DNA of 64,000 bases, taken from assembly GCA_963720565.1 (NCBI GenBank), contig CAVRFW010000009.1, positions 224,001 through 288,000 on the forward strand, in the 5' to 3' direction. The notes beneath the pieces are model-generated. The model searched no databases and was not told the DNA's origin. It saw nothing but the letters and a program-made list of their open reading frames with translations. Both the position numbers and the translations under genes were made by a program. This DNA is from Candidatus Bathyarchaeota archaeon. GTDB taxonomy: Archaea; Thermoproteota; Bathyarchaeia; Bathyarchaeales; Bathycorpusculaceae. This document shows, piece after piece, positions 22,156-33,836 of the stretch (position 1 is the stretch's first letter; every line of letters starts with the position of its first letter).

Positions 22156-23076
22156 TTGTTACTAGCACGCATCTTGAATGATTCAAAGAAGAAAGCCGTT
22201 TTAATGACGGTTTTGGCAGGTTTTTTATGGGGGACGTCTTTTCCGGCAATAAAAATCGGCTTGCAGTTCATGGATGCTTATACGTTTGTCTTCTTGAGGT
22301 TTCTAGTTGCTTCGATAGCATTACTAGCTGTGGCATTGCTGACTAAGAACTTAAGTTTCGAATTCGGTAATAAGCGGCTTATTCTGTTTCTGGGCTTATC
22401 CAATGGCATTGCCTACCTACTGCAGTATGTGGGTATGGTTGGCGTTGCTGCATCTGAATCTTCCCTATTTGTCAACCTGAGCGCTGTGTGGGTTGCGTTA
22501 TTGAGTGCTTTGGTTCTGAAAGAGCGTTTAGGTTACAAAAAATGGTTTGGTGTTACCATCAGTTTTATCGGAGTTGTATTGATAACCACCAATTTAGATT
22601 TCGTGGCAATCGGCAAAAGCAACATTATACCTAACTTTCTTGTAATCAGCTCTGGCATACTGTGGGCTGTCTTCACAGTCTACAGCAAGCCGATGGTGAG
22701 AGAAAGTAAGAACATTATTAAGTCGATGACTTGGTTAATGCTCTTCACAATGTTGCCCTTGCTGCCTATTGGGACTTTTTCAGCCGGGACTTTCATTTTA
22801 TTGCCATGGAACGCTTGGCTCGCCATTCTCTACACTGCACTCTTTTGCTGGGTAATTCCTTACTACTTGTGGCTAAGAGGGCTAAAGCATATTTCACCCG
22901 TTACTTCTTCAGTGGTTCTCTTAACTGAGATAGTAGTGGCAGTTTCTATTTCCACGATCTTCCTCGGAGAAGCCTTAACGGTGACTTCCAGCTTTGGCGC
23001 GATCTTCATTACAGTCGCAATGTTGTTGGTTTCGCAAGCAGACCAGAGCGAGAAAAACGCCTCTACAATAGCTTGA
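22156..23076 (+). CDS. EamA/DMT family transporter
   Basis: LWGTSFPAIK, FLRF, LKER duplicated EamA pattern, about 10 hydrophobic segments. Confidence 0.92.
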   Translation: MLLARILNDSKKKAVLMTVLAGFLWGTSFPAIKIGLQFMDAYTFVFLRFLVASIALLAVALLTKNLSFEFGNKRLILFLGLSNGIAYLLQYVGMVGVAASESSLFVNLSAVWVALLSALVLKERLGYKKWFGVTISFIGVVLITTNLDFVAIGKSNIIPNFLVISSGILWAVFTVYSKPMVRESKNIIKSMTWLMLFTMLPLLPIGTFSAGTFILLPWNAWLAILYTALFCWVIPYYLWLRGLKHISPVTSSVVLLTEIVVAVSISTIFLGEALTVTSSFGAIFITVAMLLVSQADQSEKNASTIA

Positions 23077-23266
23077 ATCCAATGTTGATTGAGGTGTCAA
23101 CAGTTTGGCTTGTTCATTTGTTTCAGATTGCTAATGGAGCTTTTCATAATCGCCATTTTCTCAGCCACTGCAACACTTAGACAACGTACGTCAATTCCTC
23201 AAGAAATAATAGTGGCTCCATATAATTAACTGATAAAACAAAGCCATCCTGAGAGGACCATATAGC

Positions 23267-23692
23267 ATGAAATATGCAGGAAGAACGGCCACTGCAATAA
23301 TACCCTGTCCCAAAGGCACAATTCTCCTGATAAAAAGGTCTACACAGCCCTTTGTAGGATATTGGGCTTTGCCCGGTGGCAGAGTCGAGTCTGAAGAGAC
23401 AGTTGAGCAGACAATAGTGAGAGAAGTGAAAGAGGAAACAGGATTGGACACCGAGGTAGTATGCAAGATAGGCGATTATCACGAGCAAGGAACTCAAGAT
23501 GGCGCAGAGTATGACTATTACCCCGCGTGTTTTCTGGTGAAAACAATCGGAGGCTTAATCAGAAAGCAAAAGAGCGAAATTCAAGATATCAAGCTTTTCG
23601 GCATAGGTGAAATTCCCAAATCGTTGGCATTCGAGCATAATCGAATGATTAAGGACTACATCAAGTTGCGCGAAACTGAGAAGCTACACTGA
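23267..23692 (+). CDS. NUDIX hydrolase
   Basis: Nudix box GGRVESEET......REVKEETGL; WALPGG, LAFEH. Confidence 0.93.
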   Translation: MKYAGRTATAIIPCPKGTILLIKRSTQPFVGYWALPGGRVESEETVEQTIVREVKEETGLDTEVVCKIGDYHEQGTQDGAEYDYYPACFLVKTIGGLIRKQKSEIQDIKLFGIGEIPKSLAFEHNRMIKDYIKLRETEKLH

Positions 23693-23762
23693 TTTCCTCT
23701 AAGTGCACACTATTCGGCGGGGCATCAATTTGATGTTTGCTGACAATACTGCAGTTATTTGA

Positions 23763-24521
<759 letters not shown>

Positions 24522-24538
24522 CAGAGAGATAGAAAACC

Positions 24539-25420
24539 ATGAAAGTCGAGGCGGAATGCGCATCTTGTCTACTGGCTAGAGCAACTGCAGAGGCTTACTT
24601 AGCTACAACAAACCCTGCTTTGCGTTTCAGAGCTATTAAAGAAATTGTAAAACTTATAAACAGGGATTTCGGACCAACGACTGTTCCTGCAGACATCGGA
24701 ACCAAGCGGGATCGCATGATAAAACAGCTGACCAGCAACGACGATCCTTACCGCCGAAACAAGAAGATGAGTAACGAGAAAGCCTTGAAGCTGCTACCAA
24801 ACGCGAGAAAACTCGTGGAACAGGGTCACACTCAGCAAGAGCGGTTCAAGAAAGCCTGTTTATGCGCAATAGTGGGCAACATCATGGAATTCGACATTCC
24901 CGGGCACAATTTTGCGTTTAGCGATTTGGCGAAATGCCTTAGGACAGCCGCAAAGCAGCTAGCGGTAGATGATATTGACAAAGCGTACAGCTTAGCTAAG
25001 AAGGGACAGAGAGTTCTTTATTTAGCTGACAATGCTGGCGAAATTGTTTTTGACACGCTATTGGTTGAGCAGTTAAAGAATATGGGGTTAAATGTAACTT
25101 ACGTTGTTAAGGGTGGTCCAATAATCAATGATGCAACCTTGGAGGATGTGGAGTTTTCGGGAATGAACAAGTTAGCCGATTCCATCTTAACGACAGGGAC
25201 TGATGCAGTTGGGTTGCTTGCCAAGGAGGTTTCGGCTGAATTCATGGAGATCTATAACTCTGCAGAGCTTGTTTTTGCAAAAGGAATGGGATACGCTGAA
25301 ACCTTAACTGAGTACAAGCTTACTAAGCCTCATTTTCTCTTGTTCAGAACCAAATGTAATCCTGTAGCTAACTTCTTTTGCGTTCCCCGCGACAGAAATA
25401 TCGCGAAGCTGATGCCCTAA
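24539..25420 (+). CDS. DUF89/ARMT1-like damage-control phosphatase
   Basis: EC..C, DPY..K, GN..EF, YLADNAGE..FD, PIINDAT, KGMGY.ET. Confidence 0.9.
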   Translation: MKVEAECASCLLARATAEAYLATTNPALRFRAIKEIVKLINRDFGPTTVPADIGTKRDRMIKQLTSNDDPYRRNKKMSNEKALKLLPNARKLVEQGHTQQERFKKACLCAIVGNIMEFDIPGHNFAFSDLAKCLRTAAKQLAVDDIDKAYSLAKKGQRVLYLADNAGEIVFDTLLVEQLKNMGLNVTYVVKGGPIINDATLEDVEFSGMNKLADSILTTGTDAVGLLAKEVSAEFMEIYNSAELVFAKGMGYAETLTEYKLTKPHFLLFRTKCNPVANFFCVPRDRNIAKLMP

Positions 25421-27496
25421 ATGAACTTGCCCGCAATAAGAATAGGTCAGAAAGACCTTTCGGTTTTTGATGATGCCATTCACAAAGAATGGTTGGTGAC
25501 AAATGGACTTGGTGGGTACTCTTCTTCCACCATTTTGGGCATAAACACGCGAAAATACCACGGTTTGCTCGTTGCTGCATTGGATCCACCCGGCGACCGC
25601 ACTGTTTGTCTTGCGAAGCTGGATGAAGAAGTTGTACTGGGCAACAGGATTCTGCCAATTGGCGCTAATGAGTTTAGAGACGTGATATATCCTCAGGGTT
25701 ATTTTTTCTTGAAAGAGTTTTCGGTGTCACCGTTTCCTCGGCAAATTTACGAAGTGGAAGATGTCGAGATCGAAAAGACAGTTTTCATGCCAAAAGAGAA
25801 AAACGTTACAGTCGTTGTTTACGACCTTGCTAACAAAAACGACTTCGAAGCGAAGTTTAGGATTTATCCTCTTACGAGTTGCAGGCATATACATTCAGTC
25901 GTAGATCGATGGAGAAATCCTTTGGAATTTTCCCAACAGCAAAATGAAAAAGCAGTTGAGATGGCCTTCAACAATCCGAATGCCAAAATTCAAGTTCGAA
26001 CCACTAATGGTGCTTTCACCGCGAAACAAAACTGGCTTGACCGCCTATACTACCGTGAAGAGAGCAATCGAGGTGAAAGCAGCGTTGACGATTGTTATCA
26101 GCCAGGCTACTTCGAGGTAATGGTTTCACCCGGACGCAAAGAACAATTTGCGGTGGTCGCAAAGGCAGGCAAGAACTATCCGGAATCTCTGGAGAATATT
26201 GATTCTATCGGTAGAACAATGCAGCAAGTCCGCGACTTGATGAAGGAGGCTCTGGACGAGCGTCGTGCTGTGCTTGCTAAGTTTTACAGTTTGCACAAGC
26301 AAGTGCCTGAATGCGATTGGTTAAAGTGGATCATTCTATCTGGAGATTCGTTTGTTGTAAGGAAAGACTGCAGTGAGAACTCCATTGTGGCTGGTTATCA
26401 CTGGTTTGAACCATGGGGTAGAGACACATTCATTTCATTACCTGGTTTGATGCTAACTACTGGAAGGTTTGAGGATGCTAAAAGAATTTTCTCAGATTAT
26501 GTTCATCACTCTTTGCATGGCTTGATTCCAAATTTTGTTCAGGACAGATTCGGAACTCCTTCATACAATACTGTAGATGCCACGTTATGGTTTGTAAATG
26601 CAGTGCTGCAATACATCAAGTATACTGGCGACGTCAGTTTTGTCCAAAGAAAGTTATGGGAAAACCTGAAAGCCATTGTTGCCGATCACAAGGAAGGCAC
26701 CGATTACGGAATTCATCTAGACAATGATGGTTTGCTCAGGCACAACTCTCAACTCACGTGGATGGATGCTACGGTAGACGGTCGCGCAGTGACTCCGCGT
26801 GCTGGAAAAGCCGTTGAAATTCAGGCACTTTGGTATAATGCACTGAGAACGATGCAACTTTTAGCGGAGAGGTTTGAAGAAGCACACCTTATTGAAGAAT
26901 ACACTGACATGGCTGAGAAAACCAGAAAGAGTTTTAACGTGAAGTTTTGGAATAGCGAAAGCAACTGTTTGTTCGATGTATTGCTGGATTCTGGGGCTGA
27001 CCTTTCACTTCGTCCCAATCAGGTTATTGCTGCTTCGATGGATTTTCCAGTTTTGGACAGCAGTAGAGTTGAGTGTGTACTTGACATTGTCCAACGTGAG
27101 CTACTGACACCTTATGGGTTGCGCACTCTTGCGCGGGGTGATCCGAAATACCGAGGTTCGTACACAGGAGACAGAAGAAGCAGAGATCAAGCTTATCATA
27201 ATGGAACGGTATGGCCTTGGCTCATAGGACCTTTCGCAACAGCCTTTCTTAAAGCTAAAGATTGCCTGGACAACCGAACACAAACTGCACTGAAAAACTT
27301 ATTGCTGCCTTTGGTTACTGAGCAAACCTGCCAAGCGGGATTGGGATCTATAAGCGAAGTCTTTGACGGGGAACCTCCTCATTTGCCAAGGGGATGTATT
27401 GCACAAGCATGGAGCGTGGCTGAACCACTGCGCGCTTACATCGAAGACGTTATGCAGGCTAGACCGAGATATGAAAAAGAGTTCGTTCACCCTTAA
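25421..27496 (+). CDS. Amylo-alpha-1,6-glucosidase (glycogen debranching enzyme family)
   Basis: EWLVTNGLGGY, AGYHWF..WGRDTFISLPGL, YNTVDATLW, TWMDA, RPNQ, YHNGTVWPWL, AQAWSVAE. Confidence 0.95.
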   Translation: MNLPAIRIGQKDLSVFDDAIHKEWLVTNGLGGYSSSTILGINTRKYHGLLVAALDPPGDRTVCLAKLDEEVVLGNRILPIGANEFRDVIYPQGYFFLKEFSVSPFPRQIYEVEDVEIEKTVFMPKEKNVTVVVYDLANKNDFEAKFRIYPLTSCRHIHSVVDRWRNPLEFSQQQNEKAVEMAFNNPNAKIQVRTTNGAFTAKQNWLDRLYYREESNRGESSVDDCYQPGYFEVMVSPGRKEQFAVVAKAGKNYPESLENIDSIGRTMQQVRDLMKEALDERRAVLAKFYSLHKQVPECDWLKWIILSGDSFVVRKDCSENSIVAGYHWFEPWGRDTFISLPGLMLTTGRFEDAKRIFSDYVHHSLHGLIPNFVQDRFGTPSYNTVDATLWFVNAVLQYIKYTGDVSFVQRKLWENLKAIVADHKEGTDYGIHLDNDGLLRHNSQLTWMDATVDGRAVTPRAGKAVEIQALWYNALRTMQLLAERFEEAHLIEEYTDMAEKTRKSFNVKFWNSESNCLFDVLLDSGADLSLRPNQVIAASMDFPVLDSSRVECVLDIVQRELLTPYGLRTLARGDPKYRGSYTGDRRSRDQAYHNGTVWPWLIGPFATAFLKAKDCLDNRTQTALKNLLLPLVTEQTCQAGLGSISEVFDGEPPHLPRGCIAQAWSVAEPLRAYIEDVMQARPRYEKEFVHP

Positions 27497-28530
27497 GATT
27501 GCATGATTTTCTTGAGTTCTGCTGCTGCGGTTTCAGGCCTGACAGTGTTTATGTGCATTCCGGTGTTTTTCTCGAATCCTGCCCATATGGACAATTGCGG
27601 GTAAACTTCCAAGTGCCAGTGATAGTATTTCTCGGTGCTTTTCTCTAGAGCAAGGTGGATGCCAAAGTTGTATGGTGGATCGTTTACCAAATCTTTCACT
27701 CCCCTTAAGCTGTTTTTCAAGATTTTAGCGAAGCTTTCAATTTCTGTTTGTGTTAGGTTAAGCAGGTTGGAGCTGTGTTTTTTTGGCATTATCCAAAACT
27801 CCATGGGGTTTACGCTTGCGTAGGGAGTGAAGACCACAAAGTTAGAGTTTTTCTGCACCAGTCGGGGGCTATTAGATTCTTCCTTGAGAACGTTACAGAG
27901 AGCGCATTCCCCGTGTTGGTTCCAGTAGTCCTTACTTGCGGACACTTCTTCTTCGACTATTCGGGGCATGATTGGCGTTGTGACTATCTGGCTATGTGCA
28001 TGTGAAAGCGATGCACCAGCTTCTTTGCCGTAATTTCGAAATATCGAAACATACTTGACATAAGGTTTTACGCTTAAATCACGAAGCCTGTCAATATAGG
28101 CGTTAATCAAGAGCGATAGCTGCGAAAGTTCAGCGTTCTGTGGATGTGCATCATGGATTGGTGATTCGACTAAAACCTCGTGGTGTCCGACGGCATAACC
28201 GTAACTTTTATTTTTCATAATCTGTCCAGGGGTTGTTGTGTCTTTCGGGGGAGCGAAGGCAGGAAAAAGGTTGGGTACGCTGCGAACAAGCCAGTTCTTG
28301 TGGCGCAGGCTTTCTGTGTCTTTGTCTTTCACAATTTCACCGTTAGACTTCAGATAGAGCAAGACTGCTGGGGGGGTAAGATGTTCATTTCCTGCACAGA
28401 GAGGACAGACGGCGTTTTGAGTTACTTCGACTCTGGGTTTGGCAAAGTCTGTGGGTCTTCTGCCGCGTTCCGTGGCAATTACGACCCAGCGATTAAGCAA
28501 GTAATCTTTTCTAAGCTCATTGTAGGCCAT
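27493..28530 (-). CDS. galT: Galactose-1-phosphate uridylyltransferase family protein
   Basis: ELRKD...WVVIA.ER..RP, CPLCAGNE, GASLSHAHSQ active-site motif, YHWHLE; start MAYNE at 28530. Confidence 0.92.
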   Translation of the reverse strand: MAYNELRKDYLLNRWVVIATERGRRPTDFAKPRVEVTQNAVCPLCAGNEHLTPPAVLLYLKSNGEIVKDKDTESLRHKNWLVRSVPNLFPAFAPPKDTTTPGQIMKNKSYGYAVGHHEVLVESPIHDAHPQNAELSQLSLLINAYIDRLRDLSVKPYVKYVSIFRNYGKEAGASLSHAHSQIVTTPIMPRIVEEEVSASKDYWNQHGECALCNVLKEESNSPRLVQKNSNFVVFTPYASVNPMEFWIMPKKHSSNLLNLTQTEIESFAKILKNSLRGVKDLVNDPPYNFGIHLALEKSTEKYYHWHLEVYPQLSIWAGFEKNTGMHINTVRPETAAAELKKIMQS

Positions 28531-28774
28531 TGTAAATAAGTCCCGACACAGAAGAGATAATGTGGCTGACATTTTAGCATTTCCGAAACAAAATAGAGAA
28601 CGCATTTTCGGTTCATGCAAAGAATTAATGTATTAAATATCCAATCACCGGGGCGAATTGCAGCATATGTGAAGCCGTTTCGTGTTTGATGAGCGTATTG
28701 GTTTGAAACTGGGGAAAGTATTTATTAGACGTGTGAAACTTACTTCGAACCGTCAACCAAAAGGATGATTCGAA

Positions 28775-29530
28775 ATGACCCTGCAAAAAGGAGACTTCAT
28801 ACTGATTGATTACACGGCTAAGGTGAAAGAAACAAACGAGGTTTTCGACACCACTCTCGAGGAGATCTCTAAGAAAGAACATCTCCATAAGGAGGGCGAA
28901 TTCTACGAGCCAAAACTTGTTGTTCTTGGCGAGAGTTGGATGCTCAAAGCCCTAGAGGAAAATCTGACATCTATGGAGCCAGGCAAGGCTCAAACGGTAG
29001 AAATTGCCCCCAAAGACGCCTTTGGGCAACGCGACCCAGAAAAAGTTAAACGGGTTCCACTTAAACAGTTGACAGCAAAAGGAACAAACCCAGGCATCGG
29101 AATGCGAATAGACTATAATGGTAAGATGGCTGTTGTCCGCTCAATCGGCGCAGGAAGAGTGCTTTTGGACTTTAATCCTCCACTGGCAGGCAAGACTCTG
29201 GTTTATGACGTAACGGTAAACAAAAAGCTGGAGACGAACGAAGAAAAGATCGCGGCCCTAATACACCGTAGAGTACCTCTTGCAGAAGAATCAAAGTTCA
29301 ATTTCCTAATCAAAGAAAAGACTCTGAATATCGATATGCCTGAAGACACGTTTTATATAGAAGGCATACAGATTGCAAAACGTGGCATAGCTATGGATGT
29401 GCAGCGCTTCCTGCCTGAACTCTTGGAAATCAAGTTCGTTGAAACCTTCAAGAGCGAGCCCAAGCCCGAAACCAAATCAGAACCGAAAATCGAAACAAAG
29501 TCCGAATCAGCACCAGAAACCCAAACCTAA
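28775..29530 (+). CDS. slyD: Long-type FKBP peptidyl-prolyl isomerase (SlyD-like)
   Basis: GDFILIDYT, VFDTT, AFG.RDP, LDFN.PLAGKTL. Confidence 0.93.
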   Translation: MTLQKGDFILIDYTAKVKETNEVFDTTLEEISKKEHLHKEGEFYEPKLVVLGESWMLKALEENLTSMEPGKAQTVEIAPKDAFGQRDPEKVKRVPLKQLTAKGTNPGIGMRIDYNGKMAVVRSIGAGRVLLDFNPPLAGKTLVYDVTVNKKLETNEEKIAALIHRRVPLAEESKFNFLIKEKTLNIDMPEDTFYIEGIQIAKRGIAMDVQRFLPELLEIKFVETFKSEPKPETKSEPKIETKSESAPETQT

Positions 29531-29561
29531 GGGTACGACACAACTATATCCAAAACCAGAC

Positions 29562-30620
29562 TTAATTAATAACACCAGTTGCCTTTGCCACTTTCTCACA
29601 GGCTTCATAGTCTAACTTCAATTTGTGAAGAATAGTATAACGTTCAGGCCTTACGTTTGCAGCAACATCCAAGGCCTTAACAACCTCCTCATCCCTAACG
29701 CCCAATTCGCCAGCTGTTGTGGGTGCACCAATCCGCTTAAGCGTGTCTCGTATCCGTTGCCAATTCGATCTGTGAAGGTACGCCACTAGCACGGATCCCA
29801 CACCACATTGTTCGCCATGCATGCCATGTGGACAATTTCCCATGTCAAGAGCATGACTAAACAAGTGTTCTGATCCGCTGCATGGGCGACTGCTTCCTGC
29901 AATGCTCATGGCAACTCCGCAGCTAATCAGAGCTTCAAGCAGAAGTCGCAAGCCTTCATCGTTCCCAAGTTCTACCACTTCAGCGTTCTGGATCAATAGC
30001 TTGGCGCTCATCAGCGCGAGGCTGGCAGCATATTCGCCGTAGTATTCGTTTCTTTCTTCGTGAGCGAGTCGCCAATCCTTTACTGCTGTGAACTTTGAAA
30101 TTACGTCTCCGCAACCGCTTATTACGGAACGCCATGGAGCCTTGGCTATTACATCTGTGTCGGCAATTATCGCCAAGGGCGCCTGCGCCATTATTGAATA
30201 GGGTTTGTCAAATCCCTTAACCGAAGCCAATGGGCTAGCGATGCCATCATGAGACAACGTTGTTGGTATGCTTATGAAAGGGACTCCTTGACGGAAAGAA
30301 CTTATTTTAGCAGCGTCAATCTTGGTTCCTCCACCGACGCCGAGAACAACCCGAGGTCTCCACGATTTTATTCTTTCCTCAACCATCAAAACATCTCTAG
30401 TGGTTGTTGTGTCAACAATCAAAGTGTCAACAACGATGCCTTTTTGTTCTAGCATGTCGCGAACTCGTTTTCCTGCAACCTCGCAACTCTTCAAGCCTCC
30501 GATTATTAAGGCTGACCCGCTGAGGTTGAGCCTCTGCATCACTTCTGTAACGCGTGATAGAGTCCCATTCCCAACAATTACTTCACGAGGAAGCTGCATA
30601 TAATGGTAAGGCGAAGACAA
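29562..30620 (-). CDS. egsA: NAD(P)-dependent glycerol-1-phosphate dehydrogenase
   Basis: GVGGG..ID.AK, PT..SHDGIASP, GSSRPCSGSEH.FSHALD, HGEQCG, R..RYTIL. Confidence 0.96.
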   Translation of the reverse strand: MSSPYHYMQLPREVIVGNGTLSRVTEVMQRLNLSGSALIIGGLKSCEVAGKRVRDMLEQKGIVVDTLIVDTTTTRDVLMVEERIKSWRPRVVLGVGGGTKIDAAKISSFRQGVPFISIPTTLSHDGIASPLASVKGFDKPYSIMAQAPLAIIADTDVIAKAPWRSVISGCGDVISKFTAVKDWRLAHEERNEYYGEYAASLALMSAKLLIQNAEVVELGNDEGLRLLLEALISCGVAMSIAGSSRPCSGSEHLFSHALDMGNCPHGMHGEQCGVGSVLVAYLHRSNWQRIRDTLKRIGAPTTAGELGVRDEEVVKALDVAANVRPERYTILHKLKLDYEACEKVAKATGVIN

Positions 30621-30896
30621 TTCGAATACCTGTTCAAGTCCTTTAGTTTTATTCTCTGCTGAACAGCTTAAAACCTTTTGGAAGTCACCGGGTTGCTATT
30701 ACCAAAAACTACAGAAACACCTGCTTCATAACTACGCAGAGATTTTGGAGGTAACGCACAACCAAAAAACAAATCCCAAGAGCATTCCCTTCGGAATTCC
30801 TAAACCACAATATTAATAAACATCACAAAATGATTAAATGTTGCTTTGCTTCCTAGCGAAGAATTCGCTAAGATCAGTTTTAGGGAGACAAATAAT

Positions 30897-31544
30897 ATGG
30901 TACAGAACGATGCAACTAGCCAATTGGTCCTGAAAGGAACAACAACAATAGGCGTCGTCTGCAAAGATGGCGTAATCTTAGCTTCAGATACACGTGTAAC
31001 GATGGGTTACTATGTAGCACACAAATTTGGAAAAAAAGTCTATAGAATAGACGATCACTTAGGCATGACAATCGCTGGAACAGTTGCAGATGCCCAACGC
31101 GTGGTGGATATTCTAACTGCCAATGCACAACTCTACAGAATAAACATGGATAGACCCATGCCGGTGAGTTCTGCAGCCAGGCTTACAGCTAACCTCTTAT
31201 TCAATAACAGATATGTGCCGCTATCCACTCAAATTCTAATCGGCGGATTAGACGATTCAGGTCCACACGTTTTTAACATAGATCCCTACGGGAGCTTAAC
31301 AGAAGAGAAATTTGTCTCAACAGGATCTGGTTCACCCATAGCCTACGGCGTATTGGAAGACAAGTACAGAGAAAACATGACGATTGCCGAGTTGTTGCCT
31401 ACCATTGTTAGAGCAGTAAACGCGGCGATGAAACGTGACATTGGCAGCGGCAACAGTTACAATATTACAGTAATAGACAAAAACGGGTATCGGGAACTAA
31501 CCGAAGAGGAGAAGCGCAACCTGCTGGAAGATCGAGGAAGTTAA
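30897..31544 (+). CDS. psmB: Proteasome subunit beta
   Basis: Short propeptide then KGTTTIG (catalytic Thr), AGTVADAQ, STGSGSP.AYGVLE. Confidence 0.96.
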   Translation: MVQNDATSQLVLKGTTTIGVVCKDGVILASDTRVTMGYYVAHKFGKKVYRIDDHLGMTIAGTVADAQRVVDILTANAQLYRINMDRPMPVSSAARLTANLLFNNRYVPLSTQILIGGLDDSGPHVFNIDPYGSLTEEKFVSTGSGSPIAYGVLEDKYRENMTIAELLPTIVRAVNAAMKRDIGSGNSYNITVIDKNGYRELTEEEKRNLLEDRGS

Positions 31545-31549
31545 AAGGC

Positions 31550-33475
31550 GTGGCTAGAAGCTCAGAAAAAGAGAAAGACAAGATAGAAATTAGCCACTAC
31601 ATTCTCGAACATGTTCCCAGAGAAGCAGAAGTGACCAGAATAGAATATGAAGGCCCAATGCTTGCTGTCTACACAAAGAAGCCGGAGGTCCTTGTTGAAC
31701 AAGGCAGCATTGTTGCAGAAATTGTTGGAGTAATAAGAAAACGGATAGTCATACGCCCAGACCCTTCAGTGCGGCTGCCAGAAACTGAAGCAGAAAGAAT
31801 AACACGCGAATTGATAGCGGCTGAAGCAGAGATAACAGACATCACCTTTGACCCAAGCCTAGGCGAAATAATAATCGAAACAAAGAAACCTGGCTTGGTG
31901 ATTGGAAGAAACGGGGCTGTCTTGCAGGAGATTATCAAGAAAACCAAATGGCGCCCACACGTTCTGAGAAGTCCTCCGATTAAATCTAAGATAATCACTC
32001 ACATGCGTCATTATCTTCATTCAGAAAGCAAAGAGCGCGAGAGGATTCTGCGCACCGTAGGTGAAAGAATTTTCAGGCCTAAAATGTTTGATGTCGGCGA
32101 TGTCAGGTTGACCGTACTTGGAGGAGCCCAAGAAGTAGGACGCTCAGCTTTTCTAGTGAAAACACGTGAAAGCAGCGTACTCCTGGACTGCGGTATCCAT
32201 CCAGGTTCACAGCGGCCTTTCGAAGGTTTTCCACGGTTTGACTCGCCAGAGTTTCAAATTGATGCTTTGGACGCTGTAGTTATAACCCACGCCCATTTGG
32301 ATCACTGCGGTCTGACACCTTTTCTGTACAAGTATGGTTACGATGGACCAGTATACTGTTCTGCGCCAACTTCAAACTTGATGACGATGTTGCAGTTGGA
32401 TTATCTGGATGTGGCTAACAAACAAGGAATTACAGCGCGTTATGACCAGAAGGATGTTCGCGAGTGCGTCTTGCACACAATTCCACTGCGGTTCGGCGTC
32501 GTTACCGATATCGCGCCGGACATTCGGCTGACGCTTCATAATTCGGGTCATATACTTGGTGGTGCCATGGCACATTTGCACATCGGCGAGGGATTGCACA
32601 ACATAGTCTACACAAGTGACTACAAGTTTGCAAGGACAATGCTATTGGAAGCTGCGACAACAGAGTTCCCGCGAATCGAGACCGTGATCACAGAAAGCAC
32701 TTACGGGGGACCAGATGACTTCACTCCATCCAGAGTTGAGTCTGAAGAACGTCTAACCCATCTTGTGAACGAGACTTTGGAACGGAAAGGTAAGGTTCTC
32801 ATCCCTGTGCCTGCGGTGGGCAGAGCCCAAGAAATAATGCTCATCATTGATGGGTACATGAAACGTGGATTAATGCGGGAAGCACCAGTTTTCATCGAGG
32901 GAATGATCTCTGAGGCGACGGCCATTCACACTGCTTATCCAGAATATCTAGGTAGAGAAGTCAGACACAGCATTCTTCATGAAGAGGTGAATCCGTTTCA
33001 GTCGGACTACTTCACAATAGTGGAGCATCCGAGTGTGAGGCAGAGTATAATGGAAGGTGATCCCTGCATCGTTCTAGCGACCTCTGGGATGCTTGAAGGT
33101 GGACCCGTTATCGAGTACTTCAAAAACTGGGCGAACGATGAGAAAAACACCATAATTTTTGTCAGCTATCAGATTGAAGGTACAATGGGCAAAAGAGTGC
33201 AGAAAGGCGTAAGCGAAGTTACGATGATGGATAATGATGGCAAAATGGGTGCTCTGGCGGTGAGAATGCAGGTTGAATCTATTGAGGGTTTTTCAGGTCA
33301 CTCTGACAGGAGGCAACTCGTCAACTATTTGACCCATCTTAATCCTAAACCCGAAAGAATCTTCGTTTGCCATGGAGAAAAGCAGAAAACGTTGAACCTT
33401 GCGAACTTTCTCGATAAGAAAGCTGGCATAAACACTGTTGTTCCAGCTGTACTGGAAACCTTTAGGCTGCTGTAG
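31550..33475 (+). CDS. fttA: Beta-CASP ribonuclease aCPSF1 / transcription termination factor FttA
   Basis: N-terminal KH domains (EYEGP, KPGLVIG), HAHLDH metallo-beta-lactamase motif, GHILG, ESTYG, FSGHSD; follows psmB. Confidence 0.96.
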   Translation: MARSSEKEKDKIEISHYILEHVPREAEVTRIEYEGPMLAVYTKKPEVLVEQGSIVAEIVGVIRKRIVIRPDPSVRLPETEAERITRELIAAEAEITDITFDPSLGEIIIETKKPGLVIGRNGAVLQEIIKKTKWRPHVLRSPPIKSKIITHMRHYLHSESKERERILRTVGERIFRPKMFDVGDVRLTVLGGAQEVGRSAFLVKTRESSVLLDCGIHPGSQRPFEGFPRFDSPEFQIDALDAVVITHAHLDHCGLTPFLYKYGYDGPVYCSAPTSNLMTMLQLDYLDVANKQGITARYDQKDVRECVLHTIPLRFGVVTDIAPDIRLTLHNSGHILGGAMAHLHIGEGLHNIVYTSDYKFARTMLLEAATTEFPRIETVITESTYGGPDDFTPSRVESEERLTHLVNETLERKGKVLIPVPAVGRAQEIMLIIDGYMKRGLMREAPVFIEGMISEATAIHTAYPEYLGREVRHSILHEEVNPFQSDYFTIVEHPSVRQSIMEGDPCIVLATSGMLEGGPVIEYFKNWANDEKNTIIFVSYQIEGTMGKRVQKGVSEVTMMDNDGKMGALAVRMQVESIEGFSGHSDRRQLVNYLTHLNPKPERIFVCHGEKQKTLNLANFLDKKAGINTVVPAVLETFRLL

Positions 33476-33836
33476 GTAAAGGTTCATTTGAAACTGGCGT
33501 CTTTTCTCGCCATATTCTTACGTTTTGAGGGCAGATGACCACTCTCTCTTCACCCAGACGGGCGATGTCTCCACCTATGGATTCAGCGAATTCGTAGAGC
33601 TGGTTCACGGCGTTTTTCACGTCCTCGATGCTCTTGTTGGCAAGAGGCGTTATCCGCAGAATGAGTATGTTTCCTTTTTTTACTTCGTTCTTAATTCCTT
33701 CCAAATCTGAGAGGTCCCGCAACGGCATAGCCTTGAGATAGGTTTTTTCTTGGCCTTCTTTGTCTTCGGATGGTTGCATTTCCGTTTTTTCATCCTCTTC
33801 TTTCTTTGGTTTTTGGAATACGCCCAGTAAAGGCAT
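33462..33836 (-). CDS. sepF: Cell division protein SepF (archaeal type)
   Basis: IK.EV..GNILI..I.PL, GGDIARLGE.RV...P..V.I. Confidence 0.88.
   Translation of the reverse strand: MPLLGVFQKPKKEEDEKTEMQPSEDKEGQEKTYLKAMPLRDLSDLEGIKNEVKKGNILILRITPLANKSIEDVKNAVNQLYEFAESIGGDIARLGEERVVICPQNVRIWREKTPVSNEPLPTAA

Noticed and set aside
28660..28715. Possible C/D box sRNA (TGATGA at ~28687)
   Set aside because: No proper CTGA D box or terminal stem
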